Under the pieces are notes generated by a model. That model saw only the letters and a list, made by a program, of their open reading frames with translations, was not told the DNA's origin and made no database searches. From Lama guanicoe (Eukaryota): a stretch of 64,000 bases of DNA. The stretch covers positions 2,666,011 to 2,730,010 of the forward strand of contig MU054117.1 of assembly GCA_013239625.1 (NCBI GenBank), read 5' to 3'. Numbering within the stretch: position 1 is the first letter of the stretch; the number at the start of each line of letters is the position of its first letter. A program made the position numbers and the translations under genes. Positions 10,583-22,520 of the stretch are shown here, piece by piece.

Positions 10583-13557
10583 AGCTGATAACGTGTCAAC
10601 AGCACAAGCATTCTCTTTGCGGTGTTTGTGTCCCCTGAGCTGCGCCTGTGGCTGACGTGGGGGTTGGGGTGAATGGGCAGGCTGCCCGCCTGTGCGCGGC
10701 CACAGCGGGGACCTCCGCCCCCTTCTGGGGCCCAGGCTACGGGTCAGCTGGGCGAGGCGGCCACTCCGTGCGCGCCTGAGCAGTCCTAACGCCCCCTGGC
10801 TCCGTGACCGGACTTCGGCTTGGTCACAGGCCCTTCGAGTGGCTTGAGCCCTCTGCACGAGAGGCCAAGTCCCACCTTGGGTCTGTCGCCACCATAGACG
10901 GCCAGTCTCGTGGGCCGAGCCCCTACGTGGGGGGTCCTGAAGCCCCCGGGGGTTTGCTGAGGATTGAGGAGTCTGAGGAAATCTGCTCAAAGGTCCAGCT
11001 GGACTGGCGTCCCTGAGAGCCTCCCCAGGGAGAGTTACCGGGGAGCCTTGGGGCTGTGGGGGCGGAGGTAGGCACTGCTGAGAGGCGGGTGACCCTCCGT
11101 CATCTGCTGAGGACCAACCAGGTCATCAGAACGTGGGAGGAGACACTCCCCCCACCCACCCTGCTCTCACTGCTGCCCCAGCCTGTGGGCGCCCCGCTGG
11201 GACGCCGGCTGGCCCCTGTGCCGTCTGCTTCTGGGGGATGGGGTGCAGCCCTCCCATCGGGTGAGCCCAGCCGTGAGAGGCAGGTGCCCTGGCTGGGCAG
11301 GGGTCACAGCCTGGAAGCCGGCAGAAGAGTCTGTATTTCAAGCTAAGAGCAGGGGGAGCCGGCTGAGGGGTCTGAAGCCCCGTGTGACCGGCTCAGCTCC
11401 GCCTTGAGGGCCATGGCCATGGCTACAGAGTGAGAAACAAGGGAGGCAGCAGCGGGATGGGGAAGGTGACAGATTTGAGGGACCCACGGGAGAACTGACA
11501 AGCCTCGGTGATGGACCAGATTTGCTGGGGGAGGCGGAGCCTTCCCACCATCTCCCCAGCCTGAGCCCCTCGCCCCGACAGGCGGACGACCACGGGAACC
11601 AGAGGCGGTGCGCGTCTCCCAGGCTGCGGGCTCACGTGCGGGAGATGGGCCGAGACCAGCGGGGTGGAACAAACCCCTCCCGTGCTGGTGTGGAGCTCCC
11701 CAGCGTGCACAGTGCGGGCGTCCGTGGGCATCACCTAGGCTGCTCCAGCTGTGCCGGCCGCACTGCGCCTGCACATCCCCCTTAGAGAGGCACTGTGTCG
11801 GCTGGGACGGGCACCGGCTTGGGAGCTGGAGGCCTGGGCTGGGCTCCCGCCCTGCGTGTGGAGTCTGCGGGAGCGCTGGGCGCTCACTGAGCTTGTCCTG
11901 GTCGCATCACCTGCGCAGCGAGGACGACACCTACTTTGCAGGTTTGCTCTGCAGATTCAATAAAAGCTCACATGTCAAGACGTCCAGCTTGTTCTTGGAC
12001 CAGAGCAGGTGTTTGGCAAGAAACTGGTCAAATCTGGGACCTCAGGAGTCCCCAAACTAGAGGTGGAGCTCCAAAGAAGAGCATCCCCTGGCTGGAAACT
12101 GGGGACCCAGGAGAGAGGTCTGGAGAGGAGAGCTGGTGTGTGCAGGGCGGGGCAAGCTCAGGAGACATGTGTGGGCTCGGTGGGCAAACTCCCCTCCACA
12201 CCGACCCGTGCCTTTTCTGCTCTGCTGAACCGGTAGCAGCACTAAATAACCCACAGAAGGAAGAGGGAAGTCGGATTAAATGAGTGTCATCTTGGACACA
12301 AGGATATCGGCATTGCAGTGGTTCCTTCTTAAAGCATTCAGCAAAGATCGGGAGGCTATTGATTTAGCCATCTTGTTTTTGCTGAGTTTAACGACAGCCA
12401 CGGAGATGGACCACTGTGTCTCCTGGAGCTGACAGCAGGAGAAACGACACTCTTCCGCAGGGCCTGCTGGGGCCAGGCGCTCCCCTTGGTGGCCGCGAGA
12501 TGCAGCTCCTGGAGCCCTGCCCTGTGGCCCTTGGTGCCCCTCTGTGCCGAGGAGGGGGCACCTGGTGTCGCCACGCCTACGGGTGGAACCTGCTGCCACC
12601 CAGAGGTTTCCCTTCAGGGGGCTGCAGAGTTCTGGGACCCAGCCTCGCCCAGTGTCCGGAGCAGGGTCCATCTGGTGTGCGGCCGAGGCGGCCGGACTTC
12701 CCTCGTCCAGCGGCGTCAGGAAGCTGCTGTCTTCACCTGGCTCCCCCTGCCCAGCCCCCCCGCCCCCTGCAACTGAGTTCCTGAGTGCCAGCGTCCTCCC
12801 AGCACAGCTCTTTGCTGTCAAGACACCCCAGTTCCCGAATGGGCTCAGCCTTCTTATTTACTGGCTGGCAACTCAGGGGCAGCCTGTGGATCTCTGGTCC
12901 CCAGCCTGGGATCCCCTAAACCCCAACTAGGGATCCAGAGAAATGTATTATGTCATTAAAAAAAGTCCAGTGAAACTGCCCCTGCCTCTTGAAATGGTAC
13001 CCAGGCCAATGGGAACATTACTTACCCTCTTGGCTCTGGTGGGCCTGGCAGAGGACAGAGTGCAGGGACCATATTGATGGAAAAGGCTGGATGCACGCTT
13101 TACTCACTGACCCCTTCACCCCTGAAATGAGCCAGAGGGTCCCACTGGGTCCCCCACCGTGACCTTGCCATCCTGCTCAGTCACTGCCGAACAGGGCTGC
13201 AGCCAGCGAGGGACGCAGGAGGGACAGGGGCGTGGGGGCTTCTCGTCCCCACAAGACAGCCTCTCTACTCTCAGCCGGGGGAGGGAGTGGGGAACCGAGT
13301 CCAGCTCGAGACAGCCCGTGTGGCTGCAGCCTGACAGCCCAGCCCTCGGGGCCGACGTGTGGCATCAGCACCTGCTGGGAAGTGACAGGCCCGCTGGCAG
13401 CCACCGCGGGGGCAGCTTCACGAAGGCTTCTCGCTGCCCACCCACCCCCGACCAAGCCCCCATCAGCCGCCAGGGCTGTTGAGACAGCTGTGCGAACCAC
13501 CCCAGTGCGGCCTGTGTGCAGCAGGCAGGGGCCTGCAGGGGTCCCCTTCCCCCCCGG

Positions 13558-13599
13558 GCACACGTGTGTGTGAGTGTGCGCGCGCGCGCGCGCGCACGC
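13558..13599. repeat. (TG)n/(CG)8 alternating purine-pyrimidine tract
   Basis: gcacacgtgtgtgtgagtgtg(cg)8cacgc. Confidence 0.9.
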
Positions 13600-13879
13600 C
13601 TGGGGGAGAGGCCGGGGCGCAATGCCAGGAGCACGCAGAGGTGCGGCCAGGCTCTCTGTATGAGTCTGACTCTGCCTGCAGCCAGAGCGGAAGACACTTG
13701 TGGGCAGACGAGAGACGCAGGACCCTACCCAGCGCAGCCCGTGGGTTCCCATCATGGCCCTGCCCGCCCCCCGCCATCACTAGTGACCTTCAGCCCAGAG
13801 CAGGGGGTCTGATGAGCCGGGCCGGGACTTCCCTGCGGAGGAGGAGGTCCAGACAGAAGGCAGCCTGGGCTGCAATCCC

Positions 13880-13885
13880 TTTATT
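13880..13885 (-). terminator. Candidate polyadenylation signal of TSPAN11 (would give a ~2.6 kb 3'UTR)
   Basis: tttatt on + is AATAAA on -; the first canonical hexamer I found downstream of the stop; ATTAAA variants also occur near 15725 and 15045. Confidence 0.45.
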
Positions 13886-16471
13886 GTCGCGGCCCGGCTT
13901 GAGAGGTGGGGCTCACGCTGAGGCTAAGGAGAGGGGTGTGTTCACATCTAGAGCCATCTCTGTACGCAGTAGGTAAGGCAACATCTAGAACATTGTGACC
14001 ACCCATATCCAGAGGCAGCGGGTCCCAGGAGCTGGCCTGCCCCCGACACCGGGCTGCCTGCGATGAATTCTTCGAGGCACTTGTAGGGGTGTGTCTGGCA
14101 CTTATGCAGGTGAAGGGGGCCCACAGGACGCTGTGGGTGAGTGCGGGGCTGTGCATTGCACCAAAACAGACAAAGGGGGCTCTCCCGAGGCAGAAGGTGG
14201 TGGGAAAACAGGGCTGCTGAGGGAGGGCAGCCTGCTCCAGGTGAGGATGTGCTGACCGGCGCCGTGTGGGCTCCGGCCCCTGCCGTGTCCAGATCTCTGC
14301 AGAACGCTGACTTCTTTTCTGGACCCCTGTGTGCTTCCAGCATCGTGTCCTACCCTCTCCAAGGAGCTCGTGACCGTGACACCTCTGAGCAGGGACCCAG
14401 GAGGGGCTGTCCTGGGCGCAGAGCTGCTTCCTCACAGGCAGGGCAGGCATGGCTCCGGGGAACGGCTTCCCCGCTCCCAACTCCAGTCCTTTTTGTGTGC
14501 CCCATCAGAACCTGCCTTATCCTGGGCTTCTGTCCCCTCCAACCCTGTCTCACCTCCCAGGCGCGAATAAGGTCACAGTTCCAGAAAGCTCTGGGCCGTC
14601 CTCTCCCTCTGCAGCAGCCGTCTGGGCGGGATGGTGCCCAGGGAAGAATCACAGCGAACCCTGCCCTCAGCCAGGCGGGCCTCCCCCAGGACAAGGCTGC
14701 GCAGGGCACACACGCCCATCACCCTGAAGCCACCTGCACGAGCCCGGCTGACCTCCATGAAGAACGCAGGGGCCCCACCAGGGGCAGACGTGGGCCAGCA
14801 CGGCACCCCCTGCCACCCCTGCCTCCCGCAGGCCCCTCGGCAGGAGGAACACAGCACTCTCCCTTGCAGCCCTCACGTGGTAAGACTTGTCCGTCTGATA
14901 CCCAGCCCTGCAGAGACTTAGGAGTCGTGGTCATTTCTCGATTGTCGGCACGAGTCCCAGGGAGCCGGAGGGCCACAGAGATCATCAGGGCACGGTTTTG
15001 CGGCCTCGGCGCTGCCTGGGGTTGCTGGGAAGCCAGTCTCTCTTTTAATGAATTCGCGTTGGAGACCCCCTGGAGGATGGCGCAGCCAGGGCTCCGACAG
15101 TCCCCCGGGGGAGCCCGGGGCCGGGATTCTCTGTGCATGAGGGCAATGCCTCTTCTGGGGGTGTGCGGCCTCGGTGCAGTTGGAGCTGTGTTGGGGGCAG
15201 CACTGACCCAGGAATGGGAAAGAAAACACCCTTCACCTGGGACCGATCCGGGTCAGCAAGGGATGGGGGAGGCAAGGTGTGGCCTTTCCCAGCGTGGTCT
15301 CCGCATCACAGGGGGCCTCATGTCAGGGATGGGAAGCAGGAGCAGGGGGACCAGGACCCGGGAGACGGGGAAACCGGCGTGGGTTCTGGTGTTGGGAGCT
15401 GCCCACTTGCGACAGGCACGTGGAGGGGCCCCACGGCTGTCTTACGAGTTGACATGCGTTCTTTGGAAAACTGGCAGCATCCGTCCCCGGTATTTGCGAG
15501 GACCTCCTTTCTGTTCTCCCTCACTCTTCGGGAAAGTTCAGCAACTCAGGGATGAAGGAGAGAACCTCAGCGGGGGCTCTATCCACTCCGGGAAGCGGAG
15601 CGGGGCCCCTGCAGGCGGCCGGGGGGTCCAGGAGCCAGGACGGGGAGGTTCAGGGCAAAGCGCCCCTCTGCTCAGAGCTGCACCTTCTCAGAGACTCCAG
15701 CTTTGCAGGGTCTGAGATTCAGTTTAATCAGGAGGGAGGTTTCTCCCACCAACATTAAGAGCTGAAAGTGGTTTTAAAAGCCTGGCCTTCCCGAGAATCA
15801 GGCCACAGACAGGAGACCCGCGAGGGGCACCTGCTGGAGACGGGGCCTGGGGCCGTGGTCTCCCAGGGGAACTGCTCACGGGGGGGGGGGGCAAGGGGGC
15901 CGCCTGCTCCCTGTCCCGGGGGCTCCACCCTGCCTGCCGCAGCCCAACCCCAGCTCCCCACCGCCTGGCTCCTGGGCCCTGCAGGGAGGAACCAGGCCAC
16001 CACAGGCACACTCCCCTCCAGGTGAGGAGGGTGGAGGGGAGGGCTGGGGCTTCTGGGGGCAGAGCCGTCTGGAACCCCCGCATCCAATGCACTTTTGGAG
16101 CCACGGAGGCAGGAGGAGGAACGCTCTGCACTCACAGGGGGGCCCCGTACCGAGCGCAGGTGTACCCAAGGGGCCTGGGGCTGGAGCTGGGAGGCAGTGG
16201 AGTCCCCAGGGGCCACACCTGGCGAGGCTCTGGCTGTGGCTCCCAAGGGGATCCGTATCCTGCCTGGGGATTCTGGAACAAGCGCTCGGAGTTGGTGGGC
16301 GGAGGCCGAGGGCCCCCCGCCTGGGTGGAGCTGCAGGAGCCACAGTCTCAGGCACTCGGTGGGTCGGAAGGGGCTGGCACAGAGTGTGGGGAGTTACCCC
16401 GCAGGCCCGGCCGATGGGATCTGGGCACCTGAACTCAAGGGGAGCAACTGGAGGGGACGTGGCTGGGCATG

Positions 16472-16531
16472 TTAGTAAGAATGCAGCTGGAGCCTCCGGT
16501 GGAAACAGCAAGTGAGGGTCATTCCGCAGAC
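16472..16531 (-). CDS. TSPAN11: Tetraspanin-11 last coding exon to stop codon
   Basis: cctccag|GTC...TAA; 60 nt; VCGMTLTCCFHRRLQLHSY*; the seven exons sum to 762 nt = 253 aa + stop. Confidence 0.94.
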   Translation of the reverse strand, partial: VCGMTLTCCFHRRLQLHSY

Positions 16532-18715
16532 CTGGAGGCAGAGAGAGCAGGCACGGAGGTCAGAGCCACCATTCTGCGGGCCGGCGAGCCCTGAGCCGGC
16601 TCCCCGCCAGGCGCACTTGTGGACCCCAATCAAAAGCAGGCCCGGGTGGGCCCGAGATTCTGCACGGCTGACAAGCCCCCGGGGGAGACTCGGGGTGGAG
16701 CTGGGGACGCACTGAGAATGACTGGCCGGGAGCAGTGTTTCTCACACTTGAGCAGGCACGCATGGCCTGGGGACCTTGTCCTTATACCATAGGTGACAAT
16801 TCTGGGGCCCGGGGAGGGCCTGCCCTATGGCGAGCATCCCGTCCTCGCTGCTGGGCTGTGTTCCCGGAGCTTCCCCAGGGATGGCCCGAGTGACTTAGGT
16901 CCCGTGTGGTAACATCTCCACTCCCTCGCTGCTGTCTGCAGCAGCCTTTCTCTGGAAAGAGTCTGTGTCTTGCTGCTCTCAGACGCCAGAGCCAAACTGG
17001 GGCCTGAGTCGAGTGTCTGGCTGATATGCAGGAGGGAAATTTGAGGCTCTGATGTGAGCCTCCCAGAACTGGCACCGTCCTGTGAATTAGCTGGGGATGC
17101 GGCCCCCACCCCGGGCCCAGAGCCTGCTGCCAGCCCCTCCGTCACATCCACTAGCTGCCTGACACCGGGCAGTGCTGGGCCATCACCTCTCGAGTCTCAG
17201 TTTCCCATCTTTAAACTCCACCCTTTATTCCTCACCTTGCTCTCCGTGCGCCTCCTCCTTCCTCCTTTCCCTCTCCTCCCAAACCCAAGGATGCGCTGAG
17301 GACGGGACGGTGGGGATGGGTCAGAGCAACGAGCCCAGGACCGTGGTGGTGCTCTGGCAATGACGACGCCACCCGCTCCTGGCTCCCTGCCCGCAAGAGG
17401 TGGACACGGGCTGAGGAGGGTTTCCCAAGGACAGCAAACAGTGCCCCATCTGCCCCCACTCTCCCAGCGGCTGCTGCTGACCTGGTCCTGCCAGGGCACG
17501 CCTGGACGTCCACCCAGGAGGATGGGCTGAGGGGATGTCCCGGGGCTGCAGGCACGAGCTGTGAGGCTCAAGGCGGGCGCAGGGGTGAGCCCTTCTGTGT
17601 CCCCCTCCTCCCTCCCCTCCATCCCCACGTGGGAGGGTCACCCCTGGGAACACAGCTTTCAGCTTTCAGCCTTGGTGCTAAGAGCGGTGCTAAGCCACCC
17701 CTGGGACTCGGAGCCGCATGCTGAAAGGTGGCTTAAAGCGGGTGGCTGTCACAGCCATCCCATCCAGGGGTCGCGCGGGCCCCTCATGGTTCGATGACTT
17801 GTCCTGTGGGGTTATCTGGGTCTTTCTGATCCTTGCCAAGGGGGAGGCCGGATGGGGAGGGTTAGACCAGCACAGACTTGTGTCCGTGTCCCCTGTGGTG
17901 CATGTCTCACGCCGGGTAGGACCGCGAGGGCTGAGCGTCCTGCACGCACACTCTGTGCACGGTGTGTGTTCCCAGGGTGCCCCCCAGGGAAGGCACAATG
18001 AGGTGGACATCCGTGCGTGTCCGGACACACATACACACGCCACCCTGATGCAAGCAGACGGGCCATGGACACTACCTGGTCCCCAAGTGAGCACCAGTGT
18101 CCCCTTCCTGACTGAGGACTCGGAGGAACCCACACAGACAGCTCCGAGCGGCCAGCACCGGGGCGAGTGAGGAGAACACAGGACGAGGGGCTGCAGGAGC
18201 AGGGGCGGCAGACGGTGGGCGGGACGGGCTGCAGGGCCCAGCCGGCGCGGGTACGGGGCGTGGCGCCCTCCTGGCCGCCTGCCTGGACGCGGAGCTTGCC
18301 AGGGCAGGGCTTCAGCTTCTTCTGAGGGTTTTGAGCAGCGCCTGGCTGTCATCAAGGCCATCAGCGAAGGGCCAGGGAGGTCCCAAGAAGCCATTGCAAG
18401 AGGACCTTTCCATTTCCCTTCTAGTGCCCTGCAGATCCCGGTCCCATGTCTTGCGAGTTCTCTGGACTCATGCTTCCACCTTGCAACGCGGGCATTTTAA
18501 AGCCCTCTGGGTGATCCCAGCGTGCAGCCCAGGCTGGGACCGCTGCTCAGAGGCTCCGGGAGACCCCTCCCCCTCCGGCATCCTGGCCGTCCAGCCTGCC
18601 CTGGTCTCTGAACAGACCAGTATCCAGGCGCAGCAAGGATGCTCGGCTAGAATCAGGTTCGGGTGACAGTCTGGCCTGAGCACCCCTCGAGGCGGGTGCC
18701 CACGTGGGCTCGGGC

Positions 18716-18748
18716 GGTAGTTCTGAAACTGGCCAGCAGGGGGCGCTG
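18716..18748 (+). promoter_or_regulatory. CTCF binding motif with upstream module
   Basis: Core TGGCCAGCAGGGGGCGCTG at 18730-18748; ggtagttct 5 bp upstream resembles the TGCAGTTCC module. Confidence 0.65.
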
Positions 18749-19339
18749 GAGCCCGAGGCTCGGAAACCTCAGGGATAAGGATGGAGAAAATGGGCCAGGC
18801 GATGCCATCTCACGGACGTGAGGAAGCACAGCTCCGCGCTGTGCCATGGAGGACGAGCCCCCCGTGGTGGGGGTGAGTGGGGGGCTGCGGGCACCCTGAC
18901 CAGTGACCTGGCCTCCTTGGCATCACTCCTCCAGCTGGACTCGCCTCCCCCTGGCCTCAGGCTCATGGGCCCCACTCCCTGCCCTTGACCTCACCGGCCT
19001 TGTCTTTAACTTCAGGCTTTCGATGCCCGAGGTCAGGAGGAAACGGACAGAGAGAGTAGCCCAGGCCTGGCTGGTGTCCGCAGAGCAGGCCCCTAGACCC
19101 CCGAAGTCGGAGCAGGAGCTGCAGCACAGAGCACCCCTCCCGGTCCCACTGGCAGCTCCCCGGGCGTCAGTGCACCAGGCAGAAGCCCTGCCCTGGGGCG
19201 CGAGGGGCTGTGCGAGCGCCCCTGGCTCGCTGTGCCTGCCCGAGTGCAGGTGAAGGGGCGGCCTGGTCCAGCCGGGAAACTTCTTGGCTCTTCTGCGAGA
19301 CGCTGTGCCCGCCTGGCAGCCATACGTCACGGTGGGCAC

Positions 19340-19475
19340 CGTTTACTGAGCACCTGCTGGCTCTTGGCCAGGGATCTACGTGCTCACTGCCTAGTCCCTC
19401 TAGTCACCAACTGCGGTACAATTAAGCCCATTTCACAGGTGAGGAACCGAGGCTCAGAGATGAAATAACCAACCC
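19340..19475 (-). mobile_element. MIR SINE fragment
   Basis: tttactgagcacctgct...cccatttcacaggtgaggaaccgaggctcagaga MIR core. Confidence 0.65.
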
Positions 19476-20773
19476 TAGGTTGCCTGGTCCCCTCCAGAGG
19501 GTGGGCCCTCTCCCCGGATCCCTGGGTGCGCAGACGGAGGTGGGCAGGCAGCGCGGTGATCTGGAAGGAACCGGACACGGGGAGGCTCCCCAAGCCAGCC
19601 GCCGGCACCCCTGCTTCCCTCCACGGACTCTGTGTTGGGGGTCGGAGTTCGGGAGAGCCACGGACCAGGTGCCCGGAGACCCAGTGCCAGTTCAGGAGGT
19701 GAGACCCTGAGGAAGTCACCCGCCTGCTCTGTAAATCGGGGAGGACATGACTGCTCCCCTGGACGGGTTCCGGCTGTGGTGGGGGTTGGAGAGCACCTGA
19801 AGCCACTCGGAGGCTGCAGGAAGCGTCCACCGGGAGGCCTTCCCATGCGCAGGCACAGTCAGTGCATTGCCCGCACCCCCTCCTTCCACGTAACCTCACG
19901 GGGCTGGGAAAGGGTCCGCGTGCTGCGGAGGAAGGAGCCGAGGGGCGAGGAGGTGCCCGCTCACCCCACACGGGAGCAGAGGCAGAACGGGCCTGGGTCC
20001 TCGGGTGCCCGGCCACTGCTCGGACCCTCCCTCCACAGCGCTTATGGTACCAGGACAGGGAAGGACAGGGCAGGACACAGCTGCTCTAGAACCAGCTGGG
20101 CTGACGCGGGCGTGCCGGGCGAGGTGGGCACACAGGACCATTGCTCGCTGCATCTGCCCGGCCCCTGAGCCCTCTCCACCCTCCACTAGACTCCGGGGCG
20201 GTGGCTGGGGGAGGGGCGTGGAGTGATGAAATGGAGCAAAGGGCATCGCTCACCCTCAGAGCACAGAGCCAGGTGTGTGCAGGGGCGCACACAGCCCCAG
20301 GGGCGTCCACACATGCATCATACACACACACACACAGTAACGAGCGTGTGTCCATGCACAGACATATACACACATGCACAGACACCCGAACACACAGTGC
20401 ATCCAGCCCCGACCATGTACACCCAGATGCATGCAGACACACCCCGGGCCCACGGGACCACAGCAGGCTGTGCACACAGCTCCCGGCGTGCACACACAGG
20501 GTGCATGCACATACCTGGGCCCACACTCCCACTCCTCCCGGGGCTCTCTTCCTTACAAGTTCAAGGTGGCCCCAGGCCCCAGGTGTTTTCCGTCAAGTTT
20601 TCTGGGGGAGAGAGTGACCATCTGACTTACCTTTGGCTGCAGAAGGAAGGAGGTGGGAAGGAGAGGGCAGGCAGGGCAGGGGTGGGCAGAGGGCCATGAT
20701 CTGAGACCTCTGCCAGTGGGTAAGGGGCTCGGAGCTCAGACAACCCCCTCCCCAAATCCCTGCTCTGGCTCAC

Positions 20774-20860
20774 CTGCAGGCAGGCCACCCCGATGCCCAC
20801 CGCACCCATGAGCAGCAGGTGGTCGGCCAGGAACTGCTCCAGCTTGGTGATGCAGCCGCC
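20774..20860 (-). CDS. TSPAN11: Tetraspanin-11 coding exon 6 (end of large loop, start of TM4)
   Basis: cttacag|GGC...CAG|gtgagc; 87 nt; GGCITKLEQFLADHLLLMGAVGIGVACLQ. Confidence 0.96.
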
Positions 20861-21229
20861 CTGTAAGGTCCAGAAGGCAGGTCACACACACCGTGGCCCA
20901 GAAGTGGGTGAGCGTAGGAAGGGAGAGCTGGCAGGGGGCTGGATCCGCTCAGCTGAGGGAGGCTAGACACTTAAAGGGCCAGGTCCAGCCTTTCAAGTGC
21001 CCACGGGCTTCTCAGGTGACCCAGGTGCAAGCCATGGTGTCCCAGGACCTCCCAGGGGCAGCTGCCGTCCCCAGGCTCCGTGGGGACCTTTGAAGGCCCG
21101 CTGCTGTCTTGTGGCCAGTGAGTAAGTGTGACCTCTCCCCACCCACCTGCCGAGTCCACCTAGCCAGGCTCCGGGCTCTGGGATGTCCGGCCAGGGCCCC
21201 CTGCTCGCCCCAGCCAGCCAGGCACTTAC

Positions 21230-21388
21230 CTCCACCTTGTAGATGTTGGAGGGGTGGGCCCGCTGGCCGCAACGGGCCACCACCGTCTTGCAGCAGCTGT
21301 CGGGCACCCGGCGGCCCTCAGCCTCCCGAGACAGGATGTAGGTGCTGTGCTGCCAGTCGGCCGAGCTGTTGCTCCCGCAGCATTTGAA
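21230..21388 (-). CDS. TSPAN11: Tetraspanin-11 coding exon 5 (CCG, PDSCC motifs, NSS sequon)
   Basis: ctccag|TTC...GAG|gtaagt; 159 nt; [53 protein letters not shown]. Confidence 0.96.
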
Positions 21389-21597
21389 CTGGAGCGAGAG
21401 GCAGAGGCTGCAGGTGAGGAAGGAGCCTGGGGTCCCCAGCCCCTCGGTCACGGGGCCACAGGCCTGTCTTCAAATCCTAACGCAATCCCTGTTTGCCATC
21501 TGAGACTTTTCCCTCCCCGGTTCTGAGCAGGGAGCTGGACTCTGGGGCCCTCTCTTTAGGCAGGGGGAGAGTTGGCTGCAGGACACCTTGTCGCTAC

Positions 21598-21765
21598 CTT
21601 TTATAAATATACATGTTCCTTTTCACATTCGATTTCATTAAAGGCCACGACAAGGTATCGAACAGAGCTCCATGTGCTGTACAGCAGGACCTCTTTGCTG
21701 ACCTATTTTACACACAGTGGCACCTGCAAATCCCAACCCCCCAATTTATCGCTACCTCTTCTGTC
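21598..21765 (-). mobile_element. L1 3'UTR fragment, same family as 39499 and 54310
   Basis: Reverse complement matches those copies (tgtgctgtacagcaggacct, gttccttttcacatt). Confidence 0.7.
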
Positions 21766-22449
21766 CACCCAAGTCCTCTGAGGAGGCTGTGCCGGGTGTC
21801 CTGGGGGAGGGAGGGCCCGTGAGATGATGGATGGGGAGACGGATGCAGGTGGGTCCCCGAGGACCGTGGCTGTGGACCACTGGGCATCAGGCCCAGGGCA
21901 GGGCCAAACCACAAGGAGGCGGTTTCCCGGTGGTCCACGGAGGTAAGACCCCAGGGATGGACCCAGCCACGCCAGAGGCTCAGGGGCCCCCACCCAGGCC
22001 TTGAGGCCTCAGAGTCCCTGGGTCTGCAGGACACAGAAGTGGTCCGAGGCCACCATGTGGGCGGATCAGTGCTGGCCAGAGGGGCCAGTGTGGGTGCTGA
22101 ACATGATGGGCCTCCTGCATGGCTCCAGGGAGCCAGAGACAGCTGGGCGTGGGCACCTCCTGCCCTCTGAGCTGGGGGCTGAGACCCAAGTCCCCGCAGG
22201 GGTCACAGAACTCAGCTGTAGTGAGGCTCTCGGGGGTGTGGGTGTGGTCGGGTGGAGGTACATCTAACAAGCATTTATTAGGCTCCTGCTGCATGCCAGG
22301 AGTGAAGCCAGGCCCTGGGCCTGAATTCGAGTAACAGGCTCCTGGCTTCCCGGAGCTTTTCACTGACCATCGCTCTAGCAGGAGAGGTTAGAGGACGAAG
22401 GGCCGGGGAAGCGCCCCCAGGGGGCGGAGCCGTCCCAGGAGCCAGGCGG

Positions 22450-22520
22450 AGGGAACAGCGCGGGGAGCAGGGAACAGCGCGGGGAGCAGGGAACAGCGCG
22501 GACAGCAGGGAACAGCTCGG
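22450..22520 (+). repeat. 19-bp minisatellite, ~3.7 copies
   Basis: Unit agggaacagcgcggggagc; two exact copies, then two degenerate. Confidence 0.9.

Larger units (their letters stand above)
6782..10605 (+). other. TSPAN9: TSPAN9 3'UTR (approximate end; length inflated by the assembly gap and duplicated segment)
   Basis: Runs from the stop codon to the first AATAAA I could find on +; no recognisable interspersed repeats inside. Confidence 0.65.

Noticed and set aside
11959..11964. Second AATAAA on + as a distal TSPAN9 polyA site
   Set aside because: It lies in MIR/L2-like degenerate sequence without a clear GU-rich downstream element; cannot be supported without 3'-end data.
14141..15715. 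524-codon + strand ORF antisense to the TSPAN11 3'UTR
   Set aside because: Starts at GTG, is rich in Pro/Gly/Arg/Ala with no recognisable domain, and has no obvious promoter or polyA support. Long open frames arise in stop-poor GC-rich DNA. It is the longest ORF here, so a frame-conservation check in relatives would settle it.
19384..19560. Possible TSPAN11 terminal exon after ttccttccag|ATC on minus
   Set aside because: Translation (ITALPAHLRL...) is not tetraspanin-like and runs into a MIR; the true last exon is 16472-16531.
22450..22520. Regularly spaced short repeats as a possible CRISPR-like array
   Set aside because: Head-to-tail 19-bp units with no unique spacers, in mammalian intron DNA; an ordinary minisatellite.
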